Position numbers and translations under genes: made by a program. Shown here piece by piece: positions 23,748 to 36,119 of a stretch of DNA of 64,000 nucleotides; within the stretch, counting starts at the first letter, position 1; each line of letters starts with the position of its first letter. Source of the DNA: Octopus bimaculoides (lineage: Eukaryota); NCBI RefSeq assembly GCF_001194135.2, contig NC_068982.1:65705891-65769890 (forward strand), in the 5' to 3' direction. Under the pieces are notes generated by a model, which was not told the origin of the DNA, searched no databases, and was given only the letters and a program-made list of their open reading frames with translations.

Positions 23748-25114
23748 TGTATCGAGTAGGAATAGTCTAATGAGATCGCATATGCCTCTGCTAACATCAT
23801 ATGACCCGATGTTCACATCGAAAGTACCCTCTGTATTGGTAGTCTTGACCCACTTGCATTCTCACTGAAGAGTAAAGTCTTTCTAGCATGGAAGATTATG
23901 ACCTTATCTTGTGTACTAATTTCTATAAATTCGCTCGCGAAGGTGAGGGCTTTATCTGCGGTATCCGATCCTCATGGCTGGCCCGACCCAAAGAACACTA
24001 GAAATAGCAGCTGCTTCTCCCAACACCTAGACGATCGCTTGGCACATCCTCTCCTCACAACAACCCTGTTCAAAAAGGGCACAAAATCCCGATCGAGGCT
24101 CCCTCAGCCCTTCTTCCTCTTCCGGTCAGTTCACGGTTCCGGTCAGCAGTCAGCTCCCCAGTTGCTGACGTCATACCACATGCCACCCTGATCTTAAAGA
24201 TCACGTCCGCCCCTACTCCACTTCGAAGTCCGCCATCCAACCTGGCGGGCGCCTTACGCGTCGAGATCTTCTCAAGCCAGGTGCCTCGTCTCCCACTCCG
24301 CACTCTTCATCCGACGAAGTGGCTATCCTGCACAGGTCCAGCACGTGACGTGGCATTCCATCCACGGATACACTGTTTCTGGAATTGTGCAGAGTGCCTT
24401 TGGCGGCTTGACCCAAACTTTCTCCGCTCGGCCAATACGCCGCTCTGAATAATCGTCACACCTTCCACCGGTCGAGCATCTCCCCCAACGCTTCAGAACG
24501 AAACGCCGCCCCATTGTTCATTAGCAGTTCTTCCACGGGACCCCTCTCCAAGAATATCCCATTCAAAATCTGGGCGACCTCATCAGCAATGCCTGTCCTC
24601 AACTCCCTCCAAATGGCCAGCCGGCCCGGCCCACAGTCGACCATGGTGAGATACATTCCCTGACAGTAGTGCGTCACATCCACAGCTAGTCTCCTCCAGT
24701 TGCGCTCTACTGAGAGGTTCCCTTGCTCATGCCCACCTGGGGCGGGGTCAATGGACTGGCATCTATCACAGTTCCCAACCACTTTCTTCACGCTTCTACT
24801 AGTGACGTCAGCATCAATCATCTTCGCTAGATACAGGATCCTATCCACCCCCAAGTGGTGCATAGCATGTAGCTTCTTCAATTTGGAGTCACCCAGCCGA
24901 CACGCTGCTGCTATCCCTTTCCTTGCTTCCTCCGGTTCCTCCAGCCACGCCCTTTTCACCCTGGTCAGTGCGTCAACCCTGTTTCTCTCCGAAGGCACGA
25001 AAACCACATTCAGCTTCAGTCCGAACTCGGCAATCAGCTCTCCTAGAACTCCTAGGCGGAATTTCACCAACATCTCCGCGGCACCTTTTGTCCGGACTCT
25101 CTTCTCACTGGTAA
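23748..25114 (-). mobile_element. Younger Gypsy copy: RNaseH/integrase plus 3' LTR (24180-23748), inserted in an RTE fragment and cut by a gap
   Basis: 24456-25073 is open for 205 aa (HAMHHLG..CDRCQS..WRRLAVDV..ELLMNNGAAF). The LTR runs TGTGG...ATACA on the minus strand after a purine tract. The left flank is RTE sequence truncated at gaggcta. Confidence 0.85.
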
Positions 25115-25654
25115 NNNNNNNNNNNNNNNNNNNNNNNNNNNNNNNNNNNNNNNNNNNNNNNNNNNNNNNNNNNNNNNNNNNNNNNNNNNNNNNNNNNNNN
25201 NNNNNNNNNNNNNNNNNNNNNNNNNNNNNNNNNNNNNNNNNNNNNNNNNNNNNNNNNNNNNNNNNNNNNNNNNNNNNNNNNNNNNNNNNNNNNNNNNNNN
25301 NNNNNNNNNNNNNNNNNNNNNNNNNNNNNNNNNNNNNNNNNNNNNNNNNNNNNNNNNNNNNNNNNNNNNNNNNNNNNNNNNNNNNNNNNNNNNNNNNNNN
25401 NNNNNNNNNNNNNNNNNNNNNNNNNNNNNNNNNNNNNNNNNNNNNNNNNNNNNNNNNNNNNNNNNNNNNNNNNNNNNNNNNNNNNNNNNNNNNNNNNNNN
25501 NNNNNNNNNGTTCCCCTCGCAGACTTAAGGACACAGTAATTGTGTCAAGGCCGACAGGAAGCGGTCCAGCTTCCTAGGGCTAAACGGCAGTAGTGTATTC
25601 CCTTATTGGGATTGTCACATTAAGTTGACAATATACTACAACTATATATATACT

Positions 25655-26160
25655 CTTACTCATTTACTTGTTTCAGTCATTTGACTGTGGCCATGCTGGA
25701 GCACCACCTTTAGTCGAGCAAATCGACCCCGGAACTTATTCTTTGTAAGCCTAGTACTTATTCTATCGGTCTATTTTGCCGAACCGCTAAGTGACGGAGA
25801 CATAAAAACACCAGCATCGGTTGTCAAGCAATGCTAGGGAGACACAGACACACAAACACACACAAATATATACATATACAGTTGAAAACACTTGCCCAAG
25901 ATGCCACGCAGTGGGACTGAACCCGGAACCATGTGGTTGGTAAGCAAGCTACTTACCACAAAGCCACTACTGTTTTCTACTATAGCCTCGGGCCGACTAA
26001 AGGCCTTGTGAGTGAATTTGGTAGACGGAAACTGAAAGAAGTCCGTCGTATATATGTATATGTTTGTGTGTGTGTGTGTGTGTGTATGTTTGTGTGTCTG
26101 TGTCTCCCGAGCATTGCTTGGCAACCGATGCTGGTGTTTTTATGTCTCCGTCACTGTAGG
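25655..26160. mobile_element. Two family-A SINE pieces in opposite orientation
   Basis: A CpG-rich minus copy (25655-25965) abuts a plus-strand body (25970-26160). Confidence 0.7.
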
Positions 26161-26685
26161 TCTTGTCAAAATTTATAAAGTGCTTTTTTTTTTCTACAAT
26201 CTGNNNNNNNNNNNNNNNNNNNNNNNNNNNNNNNNNNNNNNNNNNNNNNNNNNNNNNNNNNNNNNNNNNNNNNNNNNNNNNNNNNNNNNNNNNNNNNNNN
26301 NNNNNNNNNNNNNNNNNNNNNNNNNNNNNNNNNNNNNNNNNNNNNNNNNNNNNNNNNNNNNNNNNNNNNNNNNNNNNNNNNNNNNNNNNNNNNNNNNNNN
26401 NNNNNNNNNNNNNNNNNNNNNNNNNNNNNNNNNNNNNNNNNNNNNNNNNNNNNNNNNNNNNNNNNNNNNNNNNNNNNNNNNNNNNNNNNNNNNNNNNNNN
26501 NNNNNNNNNNNNNNNNNNNNNNNNNNNNNNNNNNNNNNNNNNNNNNNNNNNNNNNNNNNNNNNNNNNNNNNNNNNNNNNNNNNNNNNNNNNNNNNNNNNN
26601 NNNNNNNNNNNNNNNNNNNNNNNNNNNNNNNNNNNNNNNNNNNNNNNNNNNNNNNNNNNNNNCGGAAGGATGAGGAGAGGTCCTT

Positions 26686-27560
26686 GGAAAATTCACAAGA
26701 TCCGAGTTTTTCCCTCATAACGTTTAGGAAAAAGGGTTGTTTTTTTGTTTTGTTTTTTCAATGAAATGTTATATAAATACCTTTCAAACGGCATACATTA
26801 CGATTATAAAGAAATTTGTGGGTAAAAATCTTTTCGGAAAATTCACAAGATCAGAGTTTTTCCCTCATAACTCTGTGTGTATGTGTGTGCGTCAAGTTGT
26901 AAACATTATCCTAAGTTTTTTTGTTGTGTAAGGCCGGAACAATGTGAGAAGGTAAGAAGTGAACTACAAAAGGAAAAGAAAACAAAACAAGGTTGCAATT
27001 TTACCTTGTATCTCCATACTTCGGGATTATGACCTCTTTTTCAGACATTAAGAAAAATCGATGGAGAGGGAGGAAGGTGACATGTGTTGACTAGTGTTAA
27101 TATAGCAATCAATCTGCTTCGTGTAGTTCCTTCCTGTTGTTAGGGGCTGGTTTCAATTTGTTAATAAGGAGGGCCTCCATGTTTCTTAGATTGCACCTGT
27201 TGCGTTGGGTGACCATCATGATCGCTACTTTAAAATCCCAGTTTACCAACGCCCGAAACTCTCGAACTTTGAGTCACTCTGTTACTTCTGCTAAATATTA
27301 ATAAATATATATAATTATCTTTAGAAAGGTTCATCAACATAATCGCCATAGAAAATTTCATTAAAAAAAAAAATACCCATTTTTCTTTTAAGTTATGAGT
27401 AAAGAAAGCCATCTCGTGTGAGGTTTTCGAAACTCCTCAACCCACCCTCGGAAAACATTTTTCACAACAAATTTCGATATAATCGGAATTTTCATCACCT
27501 GAAGCGTATTTGTAGAACATTTCATTGAAAAATATCTAATCTTTTGGAAGTTATGAGACA
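26686..27560. repeat. Dispersed ~150-bp repeat units (direct pair 26686/26836; inverted copies 27350-27560), probably DNA-transposon subterminal repeats
   Basis: ggaaaattcacaagatc.gagtttttccctcataac occurs twice; the reverse-complement ttatgag... units lie downstream. Confidence 0.55.
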
Positions 27561-28755
27561 ACAAAGTCTTGGGTGGGGGGCACAAGTGTAGGTATAACTC
27601 AATTAGAATATTTTGAAAAAATAAGGAAACTGATAGTTAACCTTTATTTTGGACAGGGTAGAGATGGACTATATGTAATCTGAACCTCCCCCCCCCCCTT
27701 ATTTATTAATTTTTTTACGGAATCCCACGTTTTAGTCTATGGAGATTCCGATTCTGAAAAATAAAATTTTGAAAAATTTCAATTNNNNNNNNNNNNNNNN
27801 NNNNNNNNNNNNNNNNNNNNNNNNNNNNNNNNNNNNNNNNNNNNNNNNNNNNNNNNNNNNNNNNNNNNNNNNNNNNNNNNNNNNNNNNNNNNNNNNNNNN
27901 NNNNNNNNNNNNNNNNNNNNNNNNNNNNNNNNNNNNNNNNNNNNNNNNNNNNNNNNNNNNNNNNNNNNNNNNNNNNNNNNNNNNNNNNNNNNNNNNNNNN
28001 NNNNNNNNNNNNNNNNNNNNNNNNNNNNNNNNNNNNNNNNNNNNNNNNNNNNNNNNNNNNNNNNNNNNNNNNNNNNNNNNNNNNNNNNNNNNNNNNNNNN
28101 NNNNNNNNNNNNNNNNNNNNNNNNNNNNNNNNNNNNNNNNNNNNNNNNNNNNNNNNNNNNNNNNNNNNNNNNNNNNNNNNNNNNNNNNNNNNNNNNNNNN
28201 NNNNNNNNNNNNNNNNNNNNNNNNNNNNNNNNNNNNNNNNNNNNNNNNNNNNNNNNNNNNNNNNNNNNNNNNNNNNNNNNNNNNNNNNNNNNNNNNNNNN
28301 NNNNNNNNNNNNNNNNNNNNNNNNNNNNNNNNNNNNNNNNNNNNNNNNNNNNNNNNNNNNNNNNNNNNNNNNNNNNNNNNNNNNNNNNNNNNNNNNNNNN
28401 NNNNNNNNNNNNNNNNNNNNNNNNNNNNNNNNNNNNNNNNNNNNNNNNNNNNNNNNNNNNNNNNNNNNNNNNNNNNNNNNNNNNNNNNNNNNNNNNNNNN
28501 NNNNNNNNNNNNNNNNNNNNNNNNNNNNNNNNNNNNNNNNNNNNNNNNNNNNNNNNNNNNNNNNNNNNNNNNNNNNNNNNNNNNNNNNNNNNNNNNNNNN
28601 NNCTTGTCAGTGATTGGTTGAAATTATCGAAATAAGACAATTTTTTACATGAAATAAATTCGAATACAAAAATATTTTTCTGTTCTATAACACAAAATAG
28701 ATAAGTATACGAAGTTTGAAAGTCTTTCAGTACCAAAAACACTACGTAAAACATT

Positions 28756-29058
28756 TGTAGTAACGCCTGCGCATGCGTAGAATTAAAGAAGCAAGCGTTT
28801 CCCGCTCAATTCATTCTCTTTCTCGCTGGCCAGCGATTGAGCATGGACGTGTGTTTAAGCTGTCTCTCTCTACACTAGACAGCTCGCTCTTTTACGGTCG
28901 GCCGACCATGAACAGTAAAGATGTGTTTATATGTTTACCACCTAAATAAAGTGTTGTTTGAGTTGTTTAGTCTGGAGTTCAGCGTTCCGTCTATTTCTTT
29001 AATTTTGTAGTTGGAAGTCAGGTATACAATCTAAAGATGTATAACCCACTTTCTTATA
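28756..29058 (+). mobile_element. Solo-LTR-like element, copy 2 (TGTAG...TTATA, 4-bp TSD CATT)
   Basis: CATT at 28752-28755 and 29059-29062. An uninterrupted version of the host repeat (aaaacataaatgaaa) is present on the minus strand at ~36150-36190. Confidence 0.75.
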
Positions 29059-29790
29059 CATTAATGAAAAATGTGGCCCCCGTTTTAAAATAGATCCAAA
29101 TCGAGTCTGGTGTGAAACTAAATAAACTGTTTTTTTTTTTTTTCATATATGGTGGTGTCGAGAAGTAAACGTGCTTCAGATACACTAGTTTATTAATTAC
29201 GAACGTAACTGAGATGAAATATGTCATAAATAACAGTAACAAACGAAATATACACCGCCGATAGTTATGTTGACAAATAACGGCAGTTATTTTATTCGGC
29301 TGAATACACGTCATTGGTTAGTTGAAATTATCGAAATACGATAACTTAACACGAAATAACTTCGTAAAGAGAAACTTTTTCTCAACAACGCTACGAGTAA
29401 AAGATGTTCAAAATGACACATTCTACCAGTATCTGAAATTTGAAAGTATTTAGTTAAAAAAGAATTAGTTTATCGACTTGCCAATCAAAAGGAAAGGATC
29501 CCATATATGTAATCCCCGACATCTAAAACTTAGGAATTCTAAGAAATGCATTTTCCAAGGTGAGGTGCGAAGTGTATGCGTATTTGTGTACGTTATGTAT
29601 ATATGTGTATTTATGTGAGTACGTATGTACTGTATGTATAGTCAGTAATTCCCCAAACTTTTTTAGGCTGCTGTTACTTGGCACCCAGGTCACATACCTA
29701 GCACCCCCTCATCCTCCCCACCACAAATTTAGACCACTTTCTACTGCAAATTCAAAACAACTGTATTTCACAAATAAAACTTAGGTAAAT

Positions 29791-29957
29791 TTTCAGATTA
29801 CCACCCGCACGATCTTCACTAGGGTGTTAGGGTTAGGGTTTTAGGGTTAGTTTTACGGTTAGGGTTTGGGTTTAGGGTTAGGGACGGAATTCCCTAACCG
29901 TAACCGTAACCCTGACCCTAAAACCCTAGTGAAAATCGTGCGGGTGTTAATCAGAAA
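29791..29957. repeat. Foldback element with head-to-head TTAGGG-like core
   Basis: Arms tttcagattaccacccgcacgatcttcactaggg / ccctagtgaaaatcgtgcgggtgttaatcagaaa around (TTAGGG)-like > gggacggaattccct < (CCCTAA)-like. Confidence 0.8.
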
Positions 29958-30843
29958 AAATACCAAAACTTAAGCCTAATTAACCTATTAATGTTTTTTT
30001 TTTACATCTGCAGCAGAGTTTGTACCTAAATAGGTCAGCTCCTGTCCATTTGAAGTCCGCCTGACATGGCCTTAGGTCGAAGGTTAAAGAGAGATGATCA
30101 ATCACTTTTTGACAGGACAAAGAAAAACCTGTTTTCGCTCCTGTTGATCGTGGTGGTTTGAACGACCGAGAATTCTTAGATTCGGTTTCGAATCTAGGCC
30201 TGGAGATGGAAGTGTCAATTTTTGCACATCTATCACCCTATTATCATCCCACTTTCCACCGCCCCCTCCAAGGGGACAGTACTGCCCACTTTGGGAACCA
30301 CTGATGTAAGAGCATGAGTGTGTGCGTGCGGATGTGTTTACTCTTTAAATATGTCTAGAAGGCGACGTACTGATAGAATTGTTAGCACACTAGGCAAAAT
30401 GCTTCGCAGCATTTCTTCTGGCTTTATATTCTGAGTTCCAATGCTTCCAAGATCGATTTTGCCTTTCATCCTTTCGCCAGTTGAGCACTTATTTTACTTA
30501 CCCCGAAATTGGTGGCCTCGTGCCTATAGTAGAAATGACGACAGATGTCAGCGATAGGTAGCGCACACGAGTTGAAATTTCTGTTTTGATGGGGACTTCT
30601 CAGCCTTTTTTCACACATCTTTTCACTCATCTTTTTTTTTTTTAGCAAAAACAAGTTTAAAAAAACTGTTTCTCGCTTGTCCAGGTGGTCTTTCATTCTC
30701 AGTATTCTCGTTAGCTACATGGTCTTTGTGCATCCTGTGGTTATGTACGGTGGCCGGGAACAAAATTTGCTTAGGGGGTGCAAACCTAGGTCCAAAAATT
30801 TTTATGAACAAGGTGGATTTTTCCAATCTTGATATCAAAACAA

Positions 30844-30874
<31 letters not shown>

Positions 30875-30939
30875 GACATACACACATAGACACACACACA
30901 CACACACACACACAAAATATGGAGGTACGCTGGATAAGT

Positions 30940-31900
30940 GCTGGGATCTCTCTGATTTGGCGGACACCATTTGTTTCTTAACGAAACACTTTCAAACTTG
31001 GGATACTGGTAGAATGTGTCATATAAAACATCTTTTCCTCTTAGCCTTGTTAAGAAAAATTTCTATATTCCAAGTTATTTCATGTTAAAAGTTGTCGTAT
31101 TTCGGTAATTTCAACCAATCACTGACTTCTATTGAGGTAAAAACAATTACTGCTGTGGTTTGTCAACAACACGTTCTCGCGGTGTAATGGGGGTCTTTTC
31201 CCTTGAATAAAATTAGTGCTGTTGTTTGTCAACAACAACTATCTGTGGTACTGTTATTTATGACATCGTTCGTGTGTTTGTACTGGTTTTAGCTTTAGGG
31301 TTTTAGGGTTAGGGTTAAGGTTATGAGTATTTTTGCCAAATTTGGTAAAAATCTGTTCAACAATTCTTCGGTAATTTTCTATGTACTGTGTACTCAGTAG
31401 CGCATTTTCTAAATGATGGTAGAGTTTGATTTGAGGAAGATTTGGCTGCTATTTCTAGGAAGAAATGTTTGGAAGCCCTTTCTTTCAACTATTTTGTTGG
31501 CTTGATTCCCTTATTAGCTATTATTCAATCAACTGAAACAAGTAGAATAGTATAATTCAAGCATATTGGCAGTAGCTAATAAACCTTTCTATTATAGGCA
31601 CAAGGCCTGGTTTTTGAGGGAAGGAGTAAGTCAATTATATTAATCCCAGTGCATAACTGGTGCTTAATTCAAAAGGATTACCAGGGAATAACGATATATA
31701 CACCGCCACAAATTATTGTTGACAAAGAACAGCAGTAACTATATTCAGCTGAATAGACATCAGTGATTGGTTGAAATTACCGAAATGCAACAATTTTTAA
31801 CATGAAATAACTTCAAATATAAATTTTTTTCTCTGTTCTATAAGACAAAATATACAAGTATACGAAGTTTTAAAGTGTTTCGGTAGAAAACACACTAAAT
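30940..31900. mobile_element. Long-TIR foldback element with TTAGGG-like centre, interrupted by a SINE
   Basis: 31060-31160 is the reverse complement of 31730-31830; the same family occurs at 28606-28750, 29290-29480 and 36120-36790. Confidence 0.65.
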
Positions 31901-32320
31901 AAAAAATGTTGTCCGCCAAATCAGAAAGATTCTAACATAGAAACGTAAAAACACACACAACTACACATACGTGATCTGTAACAACAACATACACACATCA
32001 ACATTACAGATATAAGATTTAGTTTGTGTGTTTCTTATGTAAACACGCGCACGCATTGCTATTTTATAACTGTCTTCCGTGCTCCCTTCCTCTCTTTCTC
32101 TTCATTGCTTCCGTTCTCTATTCCTTTCTCTCCCTTTCCCTCTTCTCTCTCGCTCTCTCAAACGCACGCACGCGCATGTACACACAAGCATTCACTACAA
32201 TATAACTAGATCTTACTTTACTACATGTTCGTCAATGTTTTGTAAATATACAAACTACGAAGCTTATGTGGACAGGACAACACATTGAAAATCAGTGAAC
32301 TTCATTAGAAATGTGAAAAC

Positions 32321-32536
32321 GGCGATCTTACGTTACCAGTTCCAAAGCTGACACTTAAACCACGTGTGTGTTTATTTACATCACATCGGTCTTTTCCGTA
32401 AAAGGGTTTTAGGGTTAGGGTGAGGGACAGAATTCCCTATCTAACCCTAAAACTCTTTTACGGAAAAGGCCGATGTGATGTAAATAAACACACGTGTTTT
32501 AAGTGACAGCTTTGGAACTGATAACGTAAGATCGCC
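32321..32536. mobile_element. Merlin-type MITE, a 216-bp near-perfect palindrome
   Basis: GGCGATC...GATCGCC termini; ~98-bp arms with 5 mismatches and one 2-nt indel; 8-bp flanks gtgaaaac/atgaaaac (7/8-matching TSD). Confidence 0.75.
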
Positions 32537-33879
32537 ATGAAAACTACCCACCCTGCCATCTGTTTTAACTTTTTGTTGTTTTGTTTAATATATACATAGA
32601 TTATGCCTTCAAAAAAGAGAGCTTGCTGGGGAAAGAAAGCAACCGGTTTAAAAAGACAGCAACAGACTGCAGCAATTCACCACATTCCAGAAGCTACTTT
32701 GAACATAATGCAAAATGGTGCATCAACATCTACTGCTCAATTTGATAGAATTCTGGCAGAACTGTGTAGCAATAGATCGCCAGCAATTCTTTCATCAGAA
32801 ATTGCCGTCCTAGCTCCTGCGAAAAGGGATTACCCTGCTATGTATAATCAGGGCAGCACAAAAAGTTGTTTTGCACAAGCATTTGCATAGCCAATTAGAC
32901 GGATGAAATTTACGTACGCTTAATAATGTTACGCAAAACAGCCTTCAGACATTCCCTATTAATTGCATCGTCGTTTGAATTATGAACATATTTACATCAT
33001 AGGGGTTTTTACGTTGTAAGGCTTTCTTTTTTTAGTTGATTTTCACCTAGCAAGACTTATCGTAGATGGCGTAATAAGTCACACCCGGACAAAGTCGGGT
33101 TATACTGCTAGTAAACCAATAAATTAGAAGTTAACAGCTTTTAAATTTTGCAAATTTCTAGTAAGTTTAGCCGATCGTAAGCCAGNNNNNNNNNNNNNNN
33201 NNNNNNNNNNNNNNNNNNNNNNNNNNNNNNNNNNNNNNNNNNNNNNNNNNNNNNNNNNNNNNNNNNNNNNNNNNNNNNNNNNNNNNNNNNNNNNNNNNNN
33301 NNNNNNNNNNNNNNNNNNNNNNNNNNNNNNNNNNNNNNNNNNNNNNNNNNNNNNNNNNNNNNNNNNNNNNNNNNNNNNNNNNNNNNNNNNNNNNNNNNNN
33401 NNNNNNNNNNNNNNNNNNNNNNNNNNNNNNNNNNNNNNNNNNNNNNNNNNNNNNNNNNNNNNNNNNNNNNNNNNNNNNNNNNNNNNNNNNNNNNNNNNNN
33501 NNNNNNNNNNNNNNNNNNNNNNNNNNNNNNNNNNNNNNNNNNNNNNNNNNNNNNNNNNNNNNNNNNNNNNNNNNNNNNNNNNNNNNNNNNNNNNNNNTTT
33601 TTAAAATTTTATGGGAAAAAGTGACATATTTCCTGAGATTCAGCTTTGAAATGTGAAACTAACGGTTTAAGAAATACTCCCTAATTTAAATTTTATGAAT
33701 AGAATTAACCTAGTGTTTTCATAATCCAGCTATCTGGGTACTCGCGTATCCGCGCTAGCTAGTCGTGACTAGTCGATCCTACAACGACAAGCTAGAGCGG
33801 ATACGCAAAACATATATGAGGGTTTTTTTTAAAAACAAAGTAAATTTTTTTTTTTTGTTGAATCTTCCCCATCTTACTC

Positions 33880-34055
33880 TTAAAACGTCGTTTTACGTTC
33901 TTCCAGGGTGTATTTTGGTGTCATATCTATTTCAGTAATCCCATTGTTCGCACTCCAACAATCAGAATATACAGTCGTCCCTGGTTCGATGATGTGATGT
34001 AAATAAACACACGTGGAAAAAGTGATAGCTTTGGCACTGGTATCGTAAGATCGCC
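33880..34055 (-). mobile_element. Merlin (IS1016/ISXO2-like) transposase fragment fused to the same TIR
   Basis: HIIEPGTTVYSDCWSANNGI is typical of the ISXO2-like DDE domain; 33995-34055 matches the arm of the 32321-32536 MITE, ending GATCGCC. Confidence 0.7.
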
Positions 34056-34449
34056 AAAAACTGTAGTGTTTGTGAAGAGAGGTCACCGGAGATTGTGAGA
34101 CCTAGTAAACATTTGTACCATTTTTTTTAAAAGGTTTGTTATTGTTATTTAGACTCATGTTAGTTCTGACTGAACTAAAACCTTTTAGTCATGACAATAT
34201 CGTCATTTTTAAGACGGTAGGACATGATTCGGGGGACATGTAACTGTTATTTCTGGCAGGTCGACCAATCACAGAGTTTTCAGTTCATCGAAATAGTAAG
34301 TTTTGAGTGTATATTTATAAAATATTTGGCAACTTCTGACAAAAGGGAAAGAAGTTCACACAGAAATTCCAAATTGAAATATTTTTATTAACCCACTCTA
34401 TTTGTCAATAACAAAAATAAATCTAGAGAATCTTAGATAAAGCTGACAT

Positions 34450-34885
34450 TCTTCTTCTTGCCCTTAACCCCCCAACGCGGAGTATAGGCCACTTATAATT
34501 GAATTCCATGTCGCATAATTTCTCGCTTCTGTACTTTACCATGAATGTCCCCCTTTCTTCTAGTTCCTTTTGTGTTGATCTACGCCACGAGTTCATAGGC
34601 CTACCCCTCTTTCTATATCCATCCGGATTCCACTGTAAAGCACTTTTCGCTGCATTTTGGTGTGTCCTTTCTAATCGTGCTACCAATCCACTTCCACTTT
34701 TTCTTAAATATTTGCTCCCTAATCGAAACTTGATTCGTTCTTTGCCATAGCTCCATATTGCTTATGTGTTCGGGCCATCTGATTTTAAGTATACTACGCA
34801 AGCACCTGTTGATGAATGATTGTATTTGCTTATTTGACTTAACTGTTGTACTCCATGTCTCAGCCCCATACAATAACACCGCTTT
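34450..34885 (-). mobile_element. 5'-truncated RTE-clade LINE with (AAG)n tail
   Basis: LLYGAETW...INRCLRSILKIRWPEHISNMELWQRT...WIG...ALQWNPDGYRKRGRPMNSWRR. Confidence 0.85.
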
Positions 34886-34984
34886 TACGTAAGTAAATAT
34901 CGTTAATCGTTGTCATAAAAGCAAAGCATTCCACCAATATTCAATATAATACACACGTGCGCCAAAAAGAATCAAATAAATGTA

Positions 34985-35358
34985 AAGCAACTTGTTGGCA
35001 CTCCGTCGCTTACGACGTCGAGGGTTCCAGATAATCCGATCAACAGAACAGCCTGCTCGTGAAATTAACGTGCAAGTGGCTGAGCACTCCACAGACACGT
35101 GTACCCTTAACGTAGTTCTCGGGGATATTCAGCGTGACACAGTGTGACAAGGCTGATCCTTTGAATTACAGGCACAACAGAAACAAGAAGTAAGAGTGAG
35201 AGAAAGTTGTGGTGGAAGAGTACAGCAGGGTTCGCCACCATCCCCTGCCGGAGCCTCGTGGAGCTTTTTTTAGGTGTTTTCGCTCTATAAACACTCACAA
35301 CGCCCGGTCTGGGAATCGAAACCGCGATCCTATGACCGCGAGTCCGCTGCCCTAACCC
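34985..35358 (-). mobile_element. Young CpG-rich tRNA-derived SINE (family C) about 380 bp upstream of the ferredoxin ATG
   Basis: A tRNA-like head (reverse complement of ggtctgggaatcgaaaccgcgatcctatgaccgcgagtccgctgccctaacc); older decayed copies at ~44030-44240 and 44750-45060. Confidence 0.7.
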
Positions 35359-35735
35359 TAGAATACTATAAATATAAATCTATAAAATGCTGAGTTGGTT
35401 AAATAGCGAAATCATCTTAAGTTGCAGGGGTTCTGTTAATGACGAGCGTATGAAAAGAAGCTATGTTATTAGTGGGTGGATTACAAGCGAACTGAGATTA
35501 TAAAGTATTTTGTTTTTATATAAAATTACACTACATCAGTTTTCACGACTTCCACGAGAAAATTTAAATGCAAGTTACAAATATTTGCATAGGACAAAAT
35601 TTGTTGCAACACCGCTTATTCCATATAGCATTGTAGCTATATAACATTGTTTTGAGAGTCGTCCTTCCTTTCGATTAGGCTCAACTTTTGGAGAACCAAA
35701 CCAATATCAGACTAAATTTACGTATTACCCTTCTG

Positions 35736-35872
35736 ATGTCCAGATTTGTCGCAGTGGCCTTCCGCTCAGCATGTCGCCTTTTGAATACTTCTCGACCCCT
35801 GACCTCCAAACGTGACACACAGTACACGAGTGTAAGGAATTTCCTCGTAACACAATCAAAAACCAAGGACAA
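35736..35872 (+). CDS. FDX1: Mitochondrial ferredoxin (adrenodoxin) exon 1: mitochondrial presequence
   Basis: ATG 35736 MSRFVAVAFRSACRLLNTSRPLTSKRDTQYTSVRNFLVTQSKTKD, Arg/Ser-rich with almost no acidic residues. Ends AA|gtaagt (phase 2) and joins either exon 2 as K (KDK-ITIYF, cf. human FDX1 EDK-ITVHF). Confidence 0.85.
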
Positions 35873-35970
35873 GTAAGTAATAACGTGTGTGTGTACATAA
35901 ACTTTTTCCTTGAAATTTCTATACTTTTATTTTCAACATATGTGTATTGAAGGACACCGAAACATAGTGA

Positions 35971-36016
<46 letters not shown>

Positions 36017-36119
36017 CTTTATATATATGTATACCAAAATATTGCGTTGACCTATCCCTTTAGGTGCTCAACTTCACATAAAATTTCTTCCTTTCACTTC
36101 AATTTTATCAAGATACTGA

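Noticed and set aside
24700-28754. Long ORFs in the track spanning N runs (also 40805-41401 and 59881-60592)
   Set aside because: Artefacts of assembly gaps (N at 25115-25509, 26204-26662, 27785-28602, 33186-33597, 40907-41237, 60005-60460, 63511-63964).
29820-29935. Interstitial telomere or chromosome-fusion site
   Set aside because: Short degenerate TTAGGG tracts are embedded in dispersed foldback elements that recur in the window.
32603-32890. 95-aa ATG ORF next to the Merlin MITE
   Set aside because: No recognisable domain or splice support; it lies among transposon debris.
35290-35358. tRNA gene
   Set aside because: The tRNA-like sequence is the head of a SINE (continuous with a SINE body); the same applies to the other SINE heads.
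35688-35735. Upstream TTG start for the ferredoxin presequence ORF
   Set aside because: A non-ATG start; the ATG at 35736 gives a typical presequence.
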